Assembly: GCF_900539155.1 (NCBI RefSeq)
Contig: NZ_UQBE01000003.1
Reading direction: 5' to 3' (one strand)
DNA: 64,000 nt
Source of the DNA: an uncultured Porphyromonas sp.
GTDB taxonomy: Bacteria > Bacteroidota > Bacteroidia > Bacteroidales > Porphyromonadaceae
Shown here piece after piece: positions 9,229-18,982 of this stretch (its first letter is position 1; each line of letters starts with the position of its first letter). The notes under the pieces are model-generated. The model worked only from the letters and a program-made list of their open reading frames with translations. It had not been told where the DNA came from and did not search any database. The translations under genes were made by a program, and so were the position numbers.

Positions 9229-10173
9229 TTACTGCTCGGGTCGGTAGGGTCCGCTGTGCTCGTCCTGGAGGATGCTCAGATAGCTCTTGTATCGCGAGGG
9301 GGCAATGCGTCCCTCTTCAAGTGCCTTGAGGACAGCGCAGCCCGGCTCGTGGAGGTGTGTGCAATTGGCAAAGCGGCAGTCGCTCGAATAGGCAAAGAAC
9401 TCACGAAAGAAGTGACTCGTGTCCTCTTCGCTCATCTCTAGCGTGCCAAAAGCTTTGATCCCAGGCGTGTCGATGATCCAGCCCGAGTGCGGAGCTGGTA
9501 GTTGATACATCTCCGAGTAAGTAGTCGTGTGCTGCCCCGTCTCATAGAGCGAAGAGATAGCCTGCGTGGCTAGGTCTAGGTCGGGTATCAAGCTGTTGAG
9601 CAGGGTCGACTTGCCGGTGCCTGAGTGCCCCGCTATGAGCGTGCACTTGCCATCGAGAAGCGATAGCAGCGCGTCGGTGCCTTGATGTTGCAGTGCCGAT
9701 ATGGGGTGGCAGGGATAGCCCAGTGGGGTATAGATCTCGGTCAGTTCGCGCATCACCTCCTCCTCGTCGGGCTTGAGGTCGTCGACCTTGTTGATGAGGA
9801 TCTCGGTGGGGATGCGGTACGCCTCTGCCGTGGCCAGGAAGCGGTCGATGAATGTGTAGGAAGTGCGAGGGCGAGCGATGGTGACCATCAGGAGGGCTAG
9901 GTCAATGTTTGCCGCAAGGATGTGCGACTCCTTCGAGAGGTTGGTGGCGCGCCGTATGATGTAGTTGCGTCGTGGCTCGAGAGACTCTATATAGGAGACC
10001 TCCTGCTGTGGATCTGGCGTGAAGTGCACCCAGTCACCGACCACTACGGGGTTGGTGCTACGAATGCCCTGGATGCGCAGCCGCCCTTTGATCAGGCAGG
10101 CGTAAACCCGATCCTCTTCGGGCACGTGCACTGCACAGTTATTGCCGATGACCTTGATGACTCTGCCTCGCAT
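9229..10173 (-). CDS. rsgA: Ribosome small-subunit-dependent GTPase A
   Basis: GHSGTGKSTLLN P-loop, NKVD, and a C-terminal CRFANCTHLHEPGCAV zinc-finger. The start is set at the internal MRGRVIKV; the ORF-track start at 10218 adds 15 unlikely residues. Confidence 0.85.
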   Translation of the reverse strand: MRGRVIKVIGNNCAVHVPEEDRVYACLIKGRLRIQGIRSTNPVVVGDWVHFTPDPQQEVSYIESLEPRRNYIIRRATNLSKESHILAANIDLALLMVTIARPRTSYTFIDRFLATAEAYRIPTEILINKVDDLKPDEEEVMRELTEIYTPLGYPCHPISALQHQGTDALLSLLDGKCTLIAGHSGTGKSTLLNSLIPDLDLATQAISSLYETGQHTTTYSEMYQLPAPHSGWIIDTPGIKAFGTLEMSEEDTSHFFREFFAYSSDCRFANCTHLHEPGCAVLKALEEGRIAPSRYKSYLSILQDEHSGPYRPEQ

Positions 10174-10336
10174 AGGGTAGGGGGAAATGGGGAAAATGTG
10201 AGCAAAGCCACAACCCACAGCTTGAGCGGGGAATAGGGGTAGCCGATGCGGAAACTAGTCTCTCCGCTCCGCCTGCCCGCTCAGGCTGTAGGTGTGACTT
10301 GCATAAGGGGTGAAATGATAGGGAGGGGTAGGGGAA

Positions 10337-10897
10337 TTAGATCGTCATGATCTCCTTCTCCTTAGCTGCTAGAGCCTCCTCGACGCGACCTATGTACTTG
10401 TCGTGGAGCTTCTGAGCGTCGTTCTCCGTTTGCTTGATTGTATCCTCTGGTAGGTCCTCGGCTTTGACCGCTTTCTTCGCAGCGTCAATAGCGTCACGGC
10501 GTGCGTTGCGGATGCTGATCTTAGCCTCCTCGCTCTCAGCCTTGCACTGCTTGACCAGCTCCTTACGACGCTCCTCGGTGAGGGGCGGCATAGTGATGCG
10601 GATCATCTCGCCATTGTTCGTCGGTGTGATACCCAGGTTGGAGTCGAGGATTCCCTTCTCGATATCTTTGATGAGCTTCTTGTCCCACGGTGTGATAGCG
10701 AGCGTACGTGCATCGGGTACAGTCACTGTCGCAACCTGATTGAGAGGCATCGGCGCCCCATAAGCCTCGACGGTAATGTCGTCTAGTAGGACAGGATTGG
10801 CCTTGCCCGCACGTATGCGGTCTAGCTTGTCCTGAAGAAATTCGACAGCTTTGAGCATAGACTGCTCAGCAGGTTTGGTAAATTGGCTTGTACTCAT
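10337..10897 (-). CDS. frr: Ribosome recycling factor
   Basis: 186 aa. ...IRNARRDAID..KK... is a classic RRF C-terminus. Confidence 0.95.
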   Translation of the reverse strand: MSTSQFTKPAEQSMLKAVEFLQDKLDRIRAGKANPVLLDDITVEAYGAPMPLNQVATVTVPDARTLAITPWDKKLIKDIEKGILDSNLGITPTNNGEMIRITMPPLTEERRKELVKQCKAESEEAKISIRNARRDAIDAAKKAVKAEDLPEDTIKQTENDAQKLHDKYIGRVEEALAAKEKEIMTI

Positions 10898-10928
10898 ATT
10901 TCGTTGTGATTGGTTTCTAGGTTATTGA

Positions 10929-11654
10929 TTAGGAAACGATAGACCCTATCTCCTCGCCACGCATCACACGAGCCAGATTGCCCGTCGTGTCCATGTCAAA
11001 GACGATGATCGGCAGATGGTTCTCCTGACAAAGTGTCATAGCGGTCAGGTCCATAATCCTGAGCCCACGGTCGTACACCTCTTGGTAGGTGAGACGCGAG
11101 AGCTTGGTCGCTGAGGGGTCGCGCTCAGGATCGGCCGTGTAGATGCCGTCGACGCGGGTCCCCTTGAGCATGATGTCAGCTTGTAGCTCTATGCCACGGA
11201 GTGCTGAGGCAGAGTCTGTGGTAAAGAACGGGTTGCCCGTGCCACCAGCTACGAAGACGATATGCCCCTGCTCCAGCAGTTGGCGAGCTGTGAGCGCATC
11301 GTAGTAGCGCGCGTAAGGCTCCATCGGCGTACTGGTCATGACGACCGCCCGAGGGCTGCCTTGTATAGAGGGGCACTGCGCATTGATCGCCGCACTGATG
11401 GCGAGCGCATTGATGACCGTGGCGAGCATGCCCATACGGTCGCCTGACACACGATCCAGCCCTTCGGCAGAGCCTGCCATACCTCGGAATATGTTGCCAC
11501 CGCCCACGACGATAGCCACCTCGACGCCCATATCGCTAATCTCGATAATCTGCGAGGCGTAGTCGTGGAGCCGTGTCGTGTCGATGCCTTGCTTGGAGCC
11601 AGCCGCAAGCGACTCGCCGCTGAGCTTGAGTAGTACTCGTTTGTATTGAGCCAT
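10929..11654 (-). CDS. pyrH: UMP kinase
   Basis: KRVLLKLSGESL...VVGGGNIFRG...IVFVAGGTGNPFFTTDSAS motifs. Confidence 0.95.
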   Translation of the reverse strand: MAQYKRVLLKLSGESLAAGSKQGIDTTRLHDYASQIIEISDMGVEVAIVVGGGNIFRGMAGSAEGLDRVSGDRMGMLATVINALAISAAINAQCPSIQGSPRAVVMTSTPMEPYARYYDALTARQLLEQGHIVFVAGGTGNPFFTTDSASALRGIELQADIMLKGTRVDGIYTADPERDPSATKLSRLTYQEVYDRGLRIMDLTAMTLCQENHLPIIVFDMDTTGNLARVMRGEEIGSIVS

Positions 11655-11775
11655 AATGGTCTTATCTCATTGTATCCTCTACAAAGATAGACAAAAAGAG
11701 CTTAGTAGTAAAGCGAAGCGGTAAAGCTGGCGCACTTTTAGCTTGACTCATCTAATCAATTGAGACTATAAAACA

Positions 11776-12000
11776 GAATATTCACGTGGAAAATCTCAAA
11801 TCTTCACGTGGATATTTTTTATTTTCCACGTGGGCGTGATTCATTTCCTCCGAAGTTTTATTTGATTCCTCCGAAGAATTTTTTCTTCCCCACGTGGAAA
11901 ATAAAAAATATCCACGTGGAGATTTCAAAATATCCACGTGGAAATCCGTTTTCCCCGACATAGTGCCGTGTTGATATGTAGTCGGGTCTAAATTATTGTA
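11776..12000 (+). repeat. CACGTG triple-hairpin interspersed element, copy A (6 CACGTG sites; lacks the CTCTAA leader)
   Basis: atattcacgtggaaaatctcaaatcttcacgtggatat; ttttattttccacgtggg...cctccgaag x2...ccccacgtggaaaataaaaa; tatccacgtggagatttcaaaatatccacgtgg; then the conserved tail gaaatccgttttccccgacatagtgccgtgttgatatgtagtcgggtctaaattattgta. Confidence 0.85.
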
Positions 12001-12029
12001 ATAAGCCGGCTTTGGATTTCTCTAGCTGA

Positions 12030-12064
12030 GCTGATGCATTACAATCGCTCTGTCAGGAACTACA
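12030..12064 (+). repeat. GCTGA(C/T)GCAT..TAATCG.TCTGTCAGGA.CTACA module (family G), copy 1
   Basis: Shared with 50063..50130 and 58694..58760. Confidence 0.7.
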
Positions 12065-12114
12065 CAGATCCCTTCTAGAAATAAATCGTGTTTTTCAGCA
12101 CCTCAAAATAGGGC

Positions 12115-13401
12115 TTAGCCGTTGCTCTGCTGGAGCTGCTGGTCGTGTCGGCGCAAGAGGTAGAGGAGCCAGCCTCCGTAGAGCAAGTGATAGAGTGCGA
12201 TGACTAGGTAGTAGGTGGAGACGGTCTCGGCGAAGGGTGTGCGCAAGACGTAGATAAGTAGCACCAGGAGGGCAACCTGCAGGAAGAGGTTGAGCAGTTG
12301 GATCTGTAGGTGCGCTCTTTGCCGCCCGATGATGTCGGGGATGACGTTGATGATGGAGGTGAAGAAGAAGATGAGCAGGTAAACGAGCATAGCGCGTATG
12401 ATCTCTGTGCAGGCTGCGTACTCGGGAGCTAAGAGCCAGCGAACTAGATAAGGCATAGCCCACCAGAGAATTAAGAGCGTGGGGATGCCTGCCACGAGCG
12501 TTAGCATGAGCAGCGGGCGGACGAGCGGTCGCCAGGGTGCCTGCGCGTGGTGTGCTACGGAGAGACGGTTGAAGTAGACCTGACTGACGCTATCTGCGAT
12601 GAGCTGTATGGGACGGCGTGCCAGCATCGTTGCCATAGTGACTAGTCCTATCTCGACGGTGGTGTAGCCTAGCGGTAGCATGAGGATTAGGATTGACCCG
12701 AGGAGGGTGGTGATGGCTGCCTGAGGAAGGCTAAAGAGGGGGAAGGCTCTGTACTTGCGAGCCACTTGCCCGAGCTCTCTACGACTGCTTGGGTTATTGG
12801 TTTGCCTGCTATGTTTGAGGGGTCGCAGGAGTGGAATGAGTGCGAGCAGCGTTGAGGCTATTTGCGCGCCCCACAAGCTCCAGACGGAGGGGGAGAAGAG
12901 TCCGAAGCCCACTTTGAGTCCATTATTGCCCAGTCCCTGCACCGCCTTGCTGGTGGCGATACGCTTGAACTGTCCTAGGCTTAGCGCGTAGTTGCTGAGT
13001 GTAGCGCACAGTCCCAAGGTGCAGACGACGGGTGGAATAAGCCAGAGCTTACCCTGCAGGGTAGCGTAGCGGGTGGTGCCGATCCACGGCTCGAAGGCTA
13101 GGGTGAGGGCGAGTAGGGCGAGCGTCACTAGAGCTGTAATCCAAAGGGTGAGTCGTAACAAGTGGTCTCGCTCTAAGGGCTCTTGGCAGACGACGATAGC
13201 CTGCTCGTAGCGTCCCCCCACAGCGATGCTGAGCAGCGTGGCAATGGAGAGGATGAGTGCTAGGTCGCCTAGCGTGTCTGGTGTGTATATTCTACTGACC
13301 CATGGTAGGAGAAGTAGGGCTATCAGCTGTACCCCGACGCCGACAGAGAGGAGTAGACCGCTGTCGGCTAGTATGGAGCGTAGTGATCGGGGCACTTTCA
13401 C
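12115..13401 (-). CDS. MOP-superfamily oligosaccharide/polysaccharide flippase (Wzx-like)
   Basis: 428 aa, ~12 TM, with the typical N-terminal ...LLPWVSRIYTPDTLGDLALILS. Confidence 0.7.
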   Translation of the reverse strand: MKVPRSLRSILADSGLLLSVGVGVQLIALLLLPWVSRIYTPDTLGDLALILSIATLLSIAVGGRYEQAIVVCQEPLERDHLLRLTLWITALVTLALLALTLAFEPWIGTTRYATLQGKLWLIPPVVCTLGLCATLSNYALSLGQFKRIATSKAVQGLGNNGLKVGFGLFSPSVWSLWGAQIASTLLALIPLLRPLKHSRQTNNPSSRRELGQVARKYRAFPLFSLPQAAITTLLGSILILMLPLGYTTVEIGLVTMATMLARRPIQLIADSVSQVYFNRLSVAHHAQAPWRPLVRPLLMLTLVAGIPTLLILWWAMPYLVRWLLAPEYAACTEIIRAMLVYLLIFFFTSIINVIPDIIGRQRAHLQIQLLNLFLQVALLVLLIYVLRTPFAETVSTYYLVIALYHLLYGGWLLYLLRRHDQQLQQSNG

Positions 13402-13405
13402 AGCT

Positions 13406-14251
13406 TTAGTATAGGTCGAGGACGGCTAGGAGCAGATAGACGGCAGGCACTGCTAGGAGGAAACTGTCTATGCGATCCAGAATGCCTCCGTGACCTGGGA
13501 TGAGCTTGCCCGAATCCTTGACACCGGCCTGACGCTTGAGACTGCTCTCGAAGAGGTCGCCGATGGTGCCAAAGATGGCGACGACTGCAGAGGTAAGCAA
13601 GATGTGCAGCCAGCTTAAATCTGTGAAGAGGAGCAGGCGTAGGATGACCGCTGAGAGAAGGACGAGGATGAGTCCTCCGATGGAGCCTTCGACGGTCTTC
13701 TTTGGTGAGATGCTTGGTGCTAGTCTCCTTTTGCCCCATCGTGAGCCGACGAGGTAAGCGCCCGTGTCATTGACCCATATAAAGATGAAGATGGCGAGGA
13801 GGAGTAACCCGTTGAATTGTGTCATTGAGGACGAAGACGTGGGATCTAGCGTCAGTCTGATAGCTAGCGCGAGAGGCACCGCTATGTAGATTTGCCCGAT
13901 GAGGCTGTTGCCGAGGCTCGGGAGCATAGCCTCGTGCGGGAGGAATGTAGAGCGACAGACCACATAAAGTAGGTAGAGCAGGTAAGGAAGGAAGATAGCT
14001 AGCCCGTGACTGATCGCCATGCCATACTGCGCCGTAGCGTAGAGGAGCCAGACGGCGGCTGCGCAGTCGAGTACGATGCGGAAGATGTAGGGGCGGTTGA
14101 CGCCGGTGAGTCGGTTGAACTCGATGATCCCTGCCACAGCAAAGACGGAGAGCAAGATCCACAAACCCCAGACCATAGAGAGTGTTAAGGCTAGCACAAT
14201 CAGTGCTACGTAGACAGTGCCCGAGATAAGGCGAGTGGTAAAGGTCGACAT
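13406..14251 (-). CDS. cdsA: Phosphatidate cytidylyltransferase (CDP-diglyceride synthase)
   Basis: C-terminal SxxKRxxGVKDSGxLIPGHGGILDRIDS signature. Confidence 0.9.
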   Translation of the reverse strand: MSTFTTRLISGTVYVALIVLALTLSMVWGLWILLSVFAVAGIIEFNRLTGVNRPYIFRIVLDCAAAVWLLYATAQYGMAISHGLAIFLPYLLYLLYVVCRSTFLPHEAMLPSLGNSLIGQIYIAVPLALAIRLTLDPTSSSSMTQFNGLLLLAIFIFIWVNDTGAYLVGSRWGKRRLAPSISPKKTVEGSIGGLILVLLSAVILRLLLFTDLSWLHILLTSAVVAIFGTIGDLFESSLKRQAGVKDSGKLIPGHGGILDRIDSFLLAVPAVYLLLAVLDLY

Positions 14252-14302
14252 GGTAGCGTTGTATTCAGTGATTGTCGTGTGTTACGTAGAGCTTAATAAG
14301 TT

Positions 14303-14345
14303 AGTCGGACAGAGACGCTCAGCGAGTGAGTATCTCTGCCCGACT
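14303..14345 (-). terminator. Hairpin downstream of ftsH (candidate terminator)
   Basis: agtcggacagaga ... tatctctgcccgact gives a 13-bp stem with one mismatch and a 15-nt loop. The downstream T-run is weak. Confidence 0.35.
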
Positions 14346-14356
14346 TCTAGATAGGA

Positions 14357-16468
14357 CTATTCGTCACCTGTAGGCTCCTCATCGTTTTTCTCATCTGAGG
14401 GAGCGGGTGTAGGCTGATCCACCTCCTTTTTAATATAGGGCGGGGGAGTGGCACTAGCGAGTCGCTTGGCACGCGCTGCCTCGTTGAGCGCATCCAGCTC
14501 GTCCGAGCGGGAGATCCACTGACGCTTGCCGAGAATCCTCTCCACATCTTCCGTGTAAATCACCTCACGCTCTAGGAGTAGCTGCGCTAACTGGTGATGC
14601 TGCTCGGCATACTGTGTCAGGAGCTCCTTGGCACGGGCATACTGTGTAGCGATGAGCTTGGAGACCTCCTGGTCAATGATGACTGCCGTCTCCTCACTGT
14701 ACGGCTTTTGGAAGTTATAGCCGTCGCTCTGCGAGTCGGCGTAGTTGAGGTTGGGCAGCTTGTCACTCATACCGTAGTAAGTGATCATAGCGTAGGCGAG
14801 CTTGGTGACACGCTCTAGGTCGTTGGCGGCGCCTGTCGAGATGCGATTGAGGAACAGCTCCTCAGCAGCACGCCCGCCCAACAGTGAGCAGAGTTCGTCG
14901 AGGAGTACCTGCGTGTGGGTGATTTGGCGCTCCTCTGGCATATACCAAGCGGCGCCAAGTGCCTTGCCACGAGGCACGATGGTAACCTTGACTAGGGGGT
15001 TGCCATACTCGGTCATCCAGCTGATGGTGGCGTGACCCGCCTCGTGGATGGCAATGCTGCGACGCTCGTCCTCGGTGATGATCTTGTTCTTCTTCTCCAG
15101 ACCTCCGATGATACGATCCACCGCATCCATGAAGTCTTGCTTCTCGATCGCCTGCTTGTCGTGGCGAGCCGCTATGAGTGCTGCCTCGTTGCAGACGTTT
15201 GCTATGTCTGCTCCCGAGAAGCCTGGCGTCTGTCGTGATAGTTGATCCACATCTACATCGGGTCCCAGCTTGAGTCCCTTCATGTGTACGAGGAAGATCT
15301 CCTTGCGGTCGTTCAGGTCGGGTAGGTCTACGTAGATCTGACGGTCGAAGCGGCCCGCACGTAGGAGCGCCTTGTCGAGGATGTCTACACGGTTCGTCGC
15401 TGCGAGGATGATGACGCCGCTATTGCCGTCGAAGCCGTCCATCTCGGTGAGGAGCTGATTGAGCGTGTTCTCCCGCTCATCATTACTGCTGAAGCCTGCG
15501 TTCTTGCTTCGCGCACGCCCCACGGCATCAATCTCGTCGATGAAGATGATACAGGGCGACTTCTCCTTAGCTTGCTTGAAGAGGTCTCGGACGCGTGAAG
15601 CTCCTACACCGACGAACATCTCCACGAAGTCTGAACCAGAGATTGAGAAGAACGGCACGTGCGCCTCGCCAGCGACCGCCTTCGCAAAGAGCGTCTTACC
15701 AGTGCCTGGAGGGCCCACGAGGAGCGCTCCCTTGGGAATCTTACCGCCCAGCTTGGTGTACTTGTCGGGGTTCTTGAGGAACTCGACAATCTCCTGCAGC
15801 TCCTGCTTAGCTTCGTGAAGCCCCGCCACATCGTCAAAGGTGACGTGCGACTCCTTCTTGTCATAGAGCTTAGCCTTGGACTTACCGACATTAAAGACTC
15901 CGCCAGGGCCACCGTTCTTGCCTCCGGAGCCAGCGCTCATGCGACGGAAGATCCATATCCAGAAGACAACAATCAGAATCAGTGGTAGCCAGTTGGCTAG
16001 GATGACCCAGAAGCTCATGTTGTCAGTCTTGTACTTGACATCTATGGCGATGTTTTCCCTCTCGATAAACTCGTCAAAGCGGTCGACCGAGGGAGGCATA
16101 CACTTGACCTGATACTGAGCTTTGGTAATACTAAAAGGGAAGCCCCGCTGCTCGATGTTTTGTAGCTCCTGCTCGCTGTAGACCATGCTCACCTTCTTAG
16201 GATTAAGCGTAGCGACAGCGACACCCTTGGTGCGGTTGACCTCCACCTTGGTGGCGACCTCCTTGCGGAGCAATTGCTGAAACTCCGTCCAGGCTACCTC
16301 CTTATTATTGGTAGGCTGCTCAGACGGCAGGAAGAAGAGCATCCCCAAGATCAGTATGGCCGACAGGTAGAGCCACATCGGATTAAAGCGACGCTTGCCA
16401 CGCCGTGGATCCGATCCCTGCGGGTTAGGAGTGGGAGTACCCAGAGGGTTTTTAATATGCTTATTCAT
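14357..16468 (-). CDS. ftsH: ATP-dependent zinc metalloprotease FtsH
   Basis: GPPGTGKT Walker A, the AAA SRH region, and the HEAGH zinc site. The start is set at MNKHIKNPL; the ORF-track start at 16558 adds 30 residues of non-FtsH-like sequence. Confidence 0.95.
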   Translation of the reverse strand: MNKHIKNPLGTPTPNPQGSDPRRGKRRFNPMWLYLSAILILGMLFFLPSEQPTNNKEVAWTEFQQLLRKEVATKVEVNRTKGVAVATLNPKKVSMVYSEQELQNIEQRGFPFSITKAQYQVKCMPPSVDRFDEFIERENIAIDVKYKTDNMSFWVILANWLPLILIVVFWIWIFRRMSAGSGGKNGGPGGVFNVGKSKAKLYDKKESHVTFDDVAGLHEAKQELQEIVEFLKNPDKYTKLGGKIPKGALLVGPPGTGKTLFAKAVAGEAHVPFFSISGSDFVEMFVGVGASRVRDLFKQAKEKSPCIIFIDEIDAVGRARSKNAGFSSNDERENTLNQLLTEMDGFDGNSGVIILAATNRVDILDKALLRAGRFDRQIYVDLPDLNDRKEIFLVHMKGLKLGPDVDVDQLSRQTPGFSGADIANVCNEAALIAARHDKQAIEKQDFMDAVDRIIGGLEKKNKIITEDERRSIAIHEAGHATISWMTEYGNPLVKVTIVPRGKALGAAWYMPEERQITHTQVLLDELCSLLGGRAAEELFLNRISTGAANDLERVTKLAYAMITYYGMSDKLPNLNYADSQSDGYNFQKPYSEETAVIIDQEVSKLIATQYARAKELLTQYAEQHHQLAQLLLEREVIYTEDVERILGKRQWISRSDELDALNEAARAKRLASATPPPYIKKEVDQPTPAPSDEKNDEEPTGDE

Positions 16469-16536
16469 CAATAGAGTTCTTTCTAGTTCATCTCTCAAAA
16501 AGCGTACCACAATCCACCTTGCAGACCTATTGGCAC

Positions 16537-16554
16537 ACCTTTGCTCGCAAAGGT
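16537..16554. promoter_or_regulatory. 18-bp palindrome ACCTTTGC-tc-GCAAAGGT upstream of ftsH, embedded in the motif CGCAAAGGTACAAAA that is also found upstream of rplU
   Basis: Perfect 8+8 dyad. On the coding (minus) strand it reads TTTTGTACCTTTGCG, which contains TACCTTTG (= TAnnTTTG). The same 15-mer occurs at 58525..58539. Confidence 0.4.
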
Positions 16555-16606
16555 ACAAAATAACCCCATAGAGAGTTTGTGTCCTAGCGGGGTGCTTGTT
16601 AGAGCA

Positions 16607-17761
16607 TTAGGAGAGGAATCCGAGGAGGACGCCCGCTGCTACGGCCGAGCCGATGACGCCTGCCACATTCGGGCCCATCGCGTGCATCAGTAGGTAGTTC
16701 GTCCGGTCGTACTTGACGCCCTCAATCTGCGATATGCGCGCCGAGTCAGGAACAGCTGAGACACCCGCATTGCCGATGAGCGGATTGATTTTGTTGCCCT
16801 CCTTGAGGAAGAGGTTCATCACCTTGACAAAAAGAACTCCCGAGCAGGTCGCTATGATAAAGGAGAGCGCCCCGAGCATAAAAATCTTTACCGAGTCGAG
16901 CGTGAGGAAGTGCGTAGCCTGCGTAGAGGCTCCCACCGTCACACCTAGGAGGATGGTGACGATATCGATGAGTGGTTCACGAGCTGTACGAGCTAGACGA
17001 TCGCAGACGCCACTCTCCTTGAGGATATTGCCGAAGAAAAGCATCCCCAGCAGAGGTAGACCAGAGGGCACGAGGAAGCCCGTCAAGAGAAGTCCGAAGA
17101 TAGGGAAGAGGATACGCTCTACACGAGACACCTTGCGGGGTGGCTTCATACGTATGCGTCGCTCCTTGTCGGTCGTAAGGAGACGCATGAAGGGTGGCTG
17201 TATGATTGGCACCAGAGCCATATAGGAGTAGGCCGAGACAGCGATAGCACCGAGTAGGTCGGGCGCCAGCTTCGACGAGAGGAAGATAGCCGTAGGGCCA
17301 TCAGCACCTCCGATGATACCGATAGCACCTGCAGCATTTGGCTCGAAGCCTAGCTGCAAGGCAATCATATAGGCACCAAAGATGCCAAACTGCGCAGCAG
17401 CTCCAATCAGCATCAGCTTAGGGTTGGAGATTAAAGCCGAGAAGTCCGTCATCGCCCCGATGCCTAGGAAGATTAGTGGCGGGTACCACCCCTGTCTCAC
17501 CCCCTGGTAGAGGATGTTGAGGACAGACCCCTCCTCATAGATACCGATCTGTAGACCAGCATCCTTAAAGGGAATATTGCCTATCAGCATACCAAAACCA
17601 ATGGGAATTAGGAGCAGTGGCTCGAACCTAAAGCGTATGCCTAGGAAGATAAATAGGGCGCCAATGAGAATCATGATCACGTGACCTGTGGTCACATTGG
17701 CAAAGCCGGTGTAGGTAGAGAAGATTTCTATATTCTCAACGAGGAAGTTCCAGAAATTCAT
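16607..17761 (-). CDS. oadB: Na+-translocating decarboxylase beta subunit (OadB/MmdB family)
   Basis: 384 aa polytopic protein. LIPIGFGMLIGNIP and GIGAMTDF...GAAAQFGIFGAY are typical of oxaloacetate/methylmalonyl-CoA decarboxylase beta chains. Confidence 0.85.
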   Translation of the reverse strand: MNFWNFLVENIEIFSTYTGFANVTTGHVIMILIGALFIFLGIRFRFEPLLLIPIGFGMLIGNIPFKDAGLQIGIYEEGSVLNILYQGVRQGWYPPLIFLGIGAMTDFSALISNPKLMLIGAAAQFGIFGAYMIALQLGFEPNAAGAIGIIGGADGPTAIFLSSKLAPDLLGAIAVSAYSYMALVPIIQPPFMRLLTTDKERRIRMKPPRKVSRVERILFPIFGLLLTGFLVPSGLPLLGMLFFGNILKESGVCDRLARTAREPLIDIVTILLGVTVGASTQATHFLTLDSVKIFMLGALSFIIATCSGVLFVKVMNLFLKEGNKINPLIGNAGVSAVPDSARISQIEGVKYDRTNYLLMHAMGPNVAGVIGSAVAAGVLLGFLS

Positions 17762-17795
17762 AAGGCAATCTTGTTAATCGCTTTGGTCAAAATTG

Positions 17796-18758
17796 TTACG
17801 CTTTCAGTCGCTTGCACTCCACTGTGGGGCGCATCATCTGACTCTTGTCACTCCACGGATCGTAAAGCTGTGGGCGAGGTTGTATCGTTAGTCGCCCAGG
17901 AGCCTCTCCACCGCCCATCTCTAGTTCGCTCGTCAGAGCTAGTGAGATAGCGACAGCCACGAGCGGGTCTTCGGTCGTGCTGACTACCTCCGTGGGCTCT
18001 CGGTGTAGTCGACTATTGAGCCGACTGCGCAGAGTCTCTTGACGTCCCTCGATGCGCATCGCTACGATTCCGACTAATTTGTAGGCTAAGAAGAGAATTA
18101 GCAACCCCGAGAAGACCACCAGCATAGCGGTGACTGTCATAACAAAGCCATTGGGGTCGGCAGCCTGTAGACGGTTTATCTTCTCATTCTTGTCCTTAAC
18201 TACGTTGTTTGACCCGGGCGTTGTATGCTGCGTGATATGCCAAGCCTCAGCTGCCGCTCCGGCCGTTCTCACACCGTCATCGATGCGAGCGTAGGAGTGG
18301 TCAGCGGGGATCGCAGCGGGCACCTCCACCTCGTCGATAATCGAGCTACCGTCACTACTGACTAGAGCTAGGTAGTGCGGAGCTTCGGGCGTGAGGGTGA
18401 AGTTCAGGTGAAAGGTCCCTCTTAGAGGCATCTCATCCGCAAAGAAGACAACGCTCTGACGTGGCTTGACAACTGTCAGCACATCTCCCTTGGGAATCAT
18501 ATACTTCTTGAGGTCTTGCGGGTCATCCGTCAGGAAGCATCCGGCGAGGTCTATAGTCCCCGCCGAGGAGTTGTACACTTCAATCCATGGACTACGCTTG
18601 CCGTAGCTGTCTATGTAGTTGTCTACATTATCTATCATCACCTCATTAATCCGTGCCGCCGTGATGCTCTGTGCTGAGAGCGGGAGGGAGGAGCAGAGGA
18701 TTGCTATCGTAGAGAGGAGGAGTAGCCTCCGTAGAGCAGGTCGTATGACTCGTCGCAT
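17796..18758 (-). CDS. Lamin-tail-domain (LTD) protein fused to an OadG-like decarboxylase gamma-subunit TM segment
   Basis: Signal peptide MRRVIRPALRRLLLLSTIAILCSSLPLSAQ. LTD-like INEVMIDNVDNYIDSYGKRSPWIEVYN..GTIDLAGCFLTDD, then OadG-like FVMTVTAMLVVFSGLLILFLAYKLVG. The start is chosen at M19 of the track ORF. Confidence 0.55.
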   Translation of the reverse strand: MRRVIRPALRRLLLLSTIAILCSSLPLSAQSITAARINEVMIDNVDNYIDSYGKRSPWIEVYNSSAGTIDLAGCFLTDDPQDLKKYMIPKGDVLTVVKPRQSVVFFADEMPLRGTFHLNFTLTPEAPHYLALVSSDGSSIIDEVEVPAAIPADHSYARIDDGVRTAGAAAEAWHITQHTTPGSNNVVKDKNEKINRLQAADPNGFVMTVTAMLVVFSGLLILFLAYKLVGIVAMRIEGRQETLRSRLNSRLHREPTEVVSTTEDPLVAVAISLALTSELEMGGGEAPGRLTIQPRPQLYDPWSDKSQMMRPTVECKRLKA

Positions 18759-18920
18759 AAGCTCATTTATATCGCTAAGATTAGACTGCCAAAGGTACAT
18801 TTTCTTCGGCAAAGTAAGGGTAAAATCCTTGATTTCTTCTAAAATAAAAGAATTTGCGCTAACAGCCGTGACAAGCGGACGATGCTTGCGGAGGTGTCTA
18901 CGAGTTTCTGTAGCGTGGGC

Positions 18921-18949
18921 TTTGGATATATCTGTTTTTTATATCTTTG
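18921..18949 (+). promoter_or_regulatory. Putative sigma-A promoter for the C10 protease gene (-33 TTTG ... -7 TATCTTTG)
   Basis: TTTG at 18921-18924. After a 17-nt spacer, TATCTTTG (TAnnTTTG) at 18942-18949, ~35 nt upstream of ATG 18983. Confidence 0.35.
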
Positions 18950-18982
18950 CAAAACACAAGTAACTAATACAACTACTAGCTT

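Noticed and set aside
11776-12000. CACGTG arrays as a CRISPR array
   Set aside because: The units are inverted (hairpin-forming) rather than direct repeats with unique spacers. The same whole element recurs at four loci, and there are no cas genes.
11776-12000. CACGTG sites as DnaA boxes (TTATCCACG resembles TTATCCACA) marking oriC or a DnaA-titration locus
   Set aside because: The element is multi-copy (at least 4 per 64 kb) and mostly lacks the terminal CACA. No dnaA gene or AT-rich DnaA-unwinding-element-like unwinding region is adjacent. The resemblance is probably coincidental, but a titration role cannot be excluded from sequence alone.
14357-16558. Long N-terminal extensions of ftsH (start 16558), rsgA (10218), BamA (47086), the ompH copy (44316), the lipoprotein (50083), the flippase (50563), ribE (30887) and the S1 protease (27516) as given by the ORF track
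   Set aside because: In each case an internal Met immediately precedes a canonical N-terminus, such as a signal peptide or a family-typical first motif. The upstream extension has no family similarity and often runs into repeat sequence. Internal starts were used, with moderate uncertainty.
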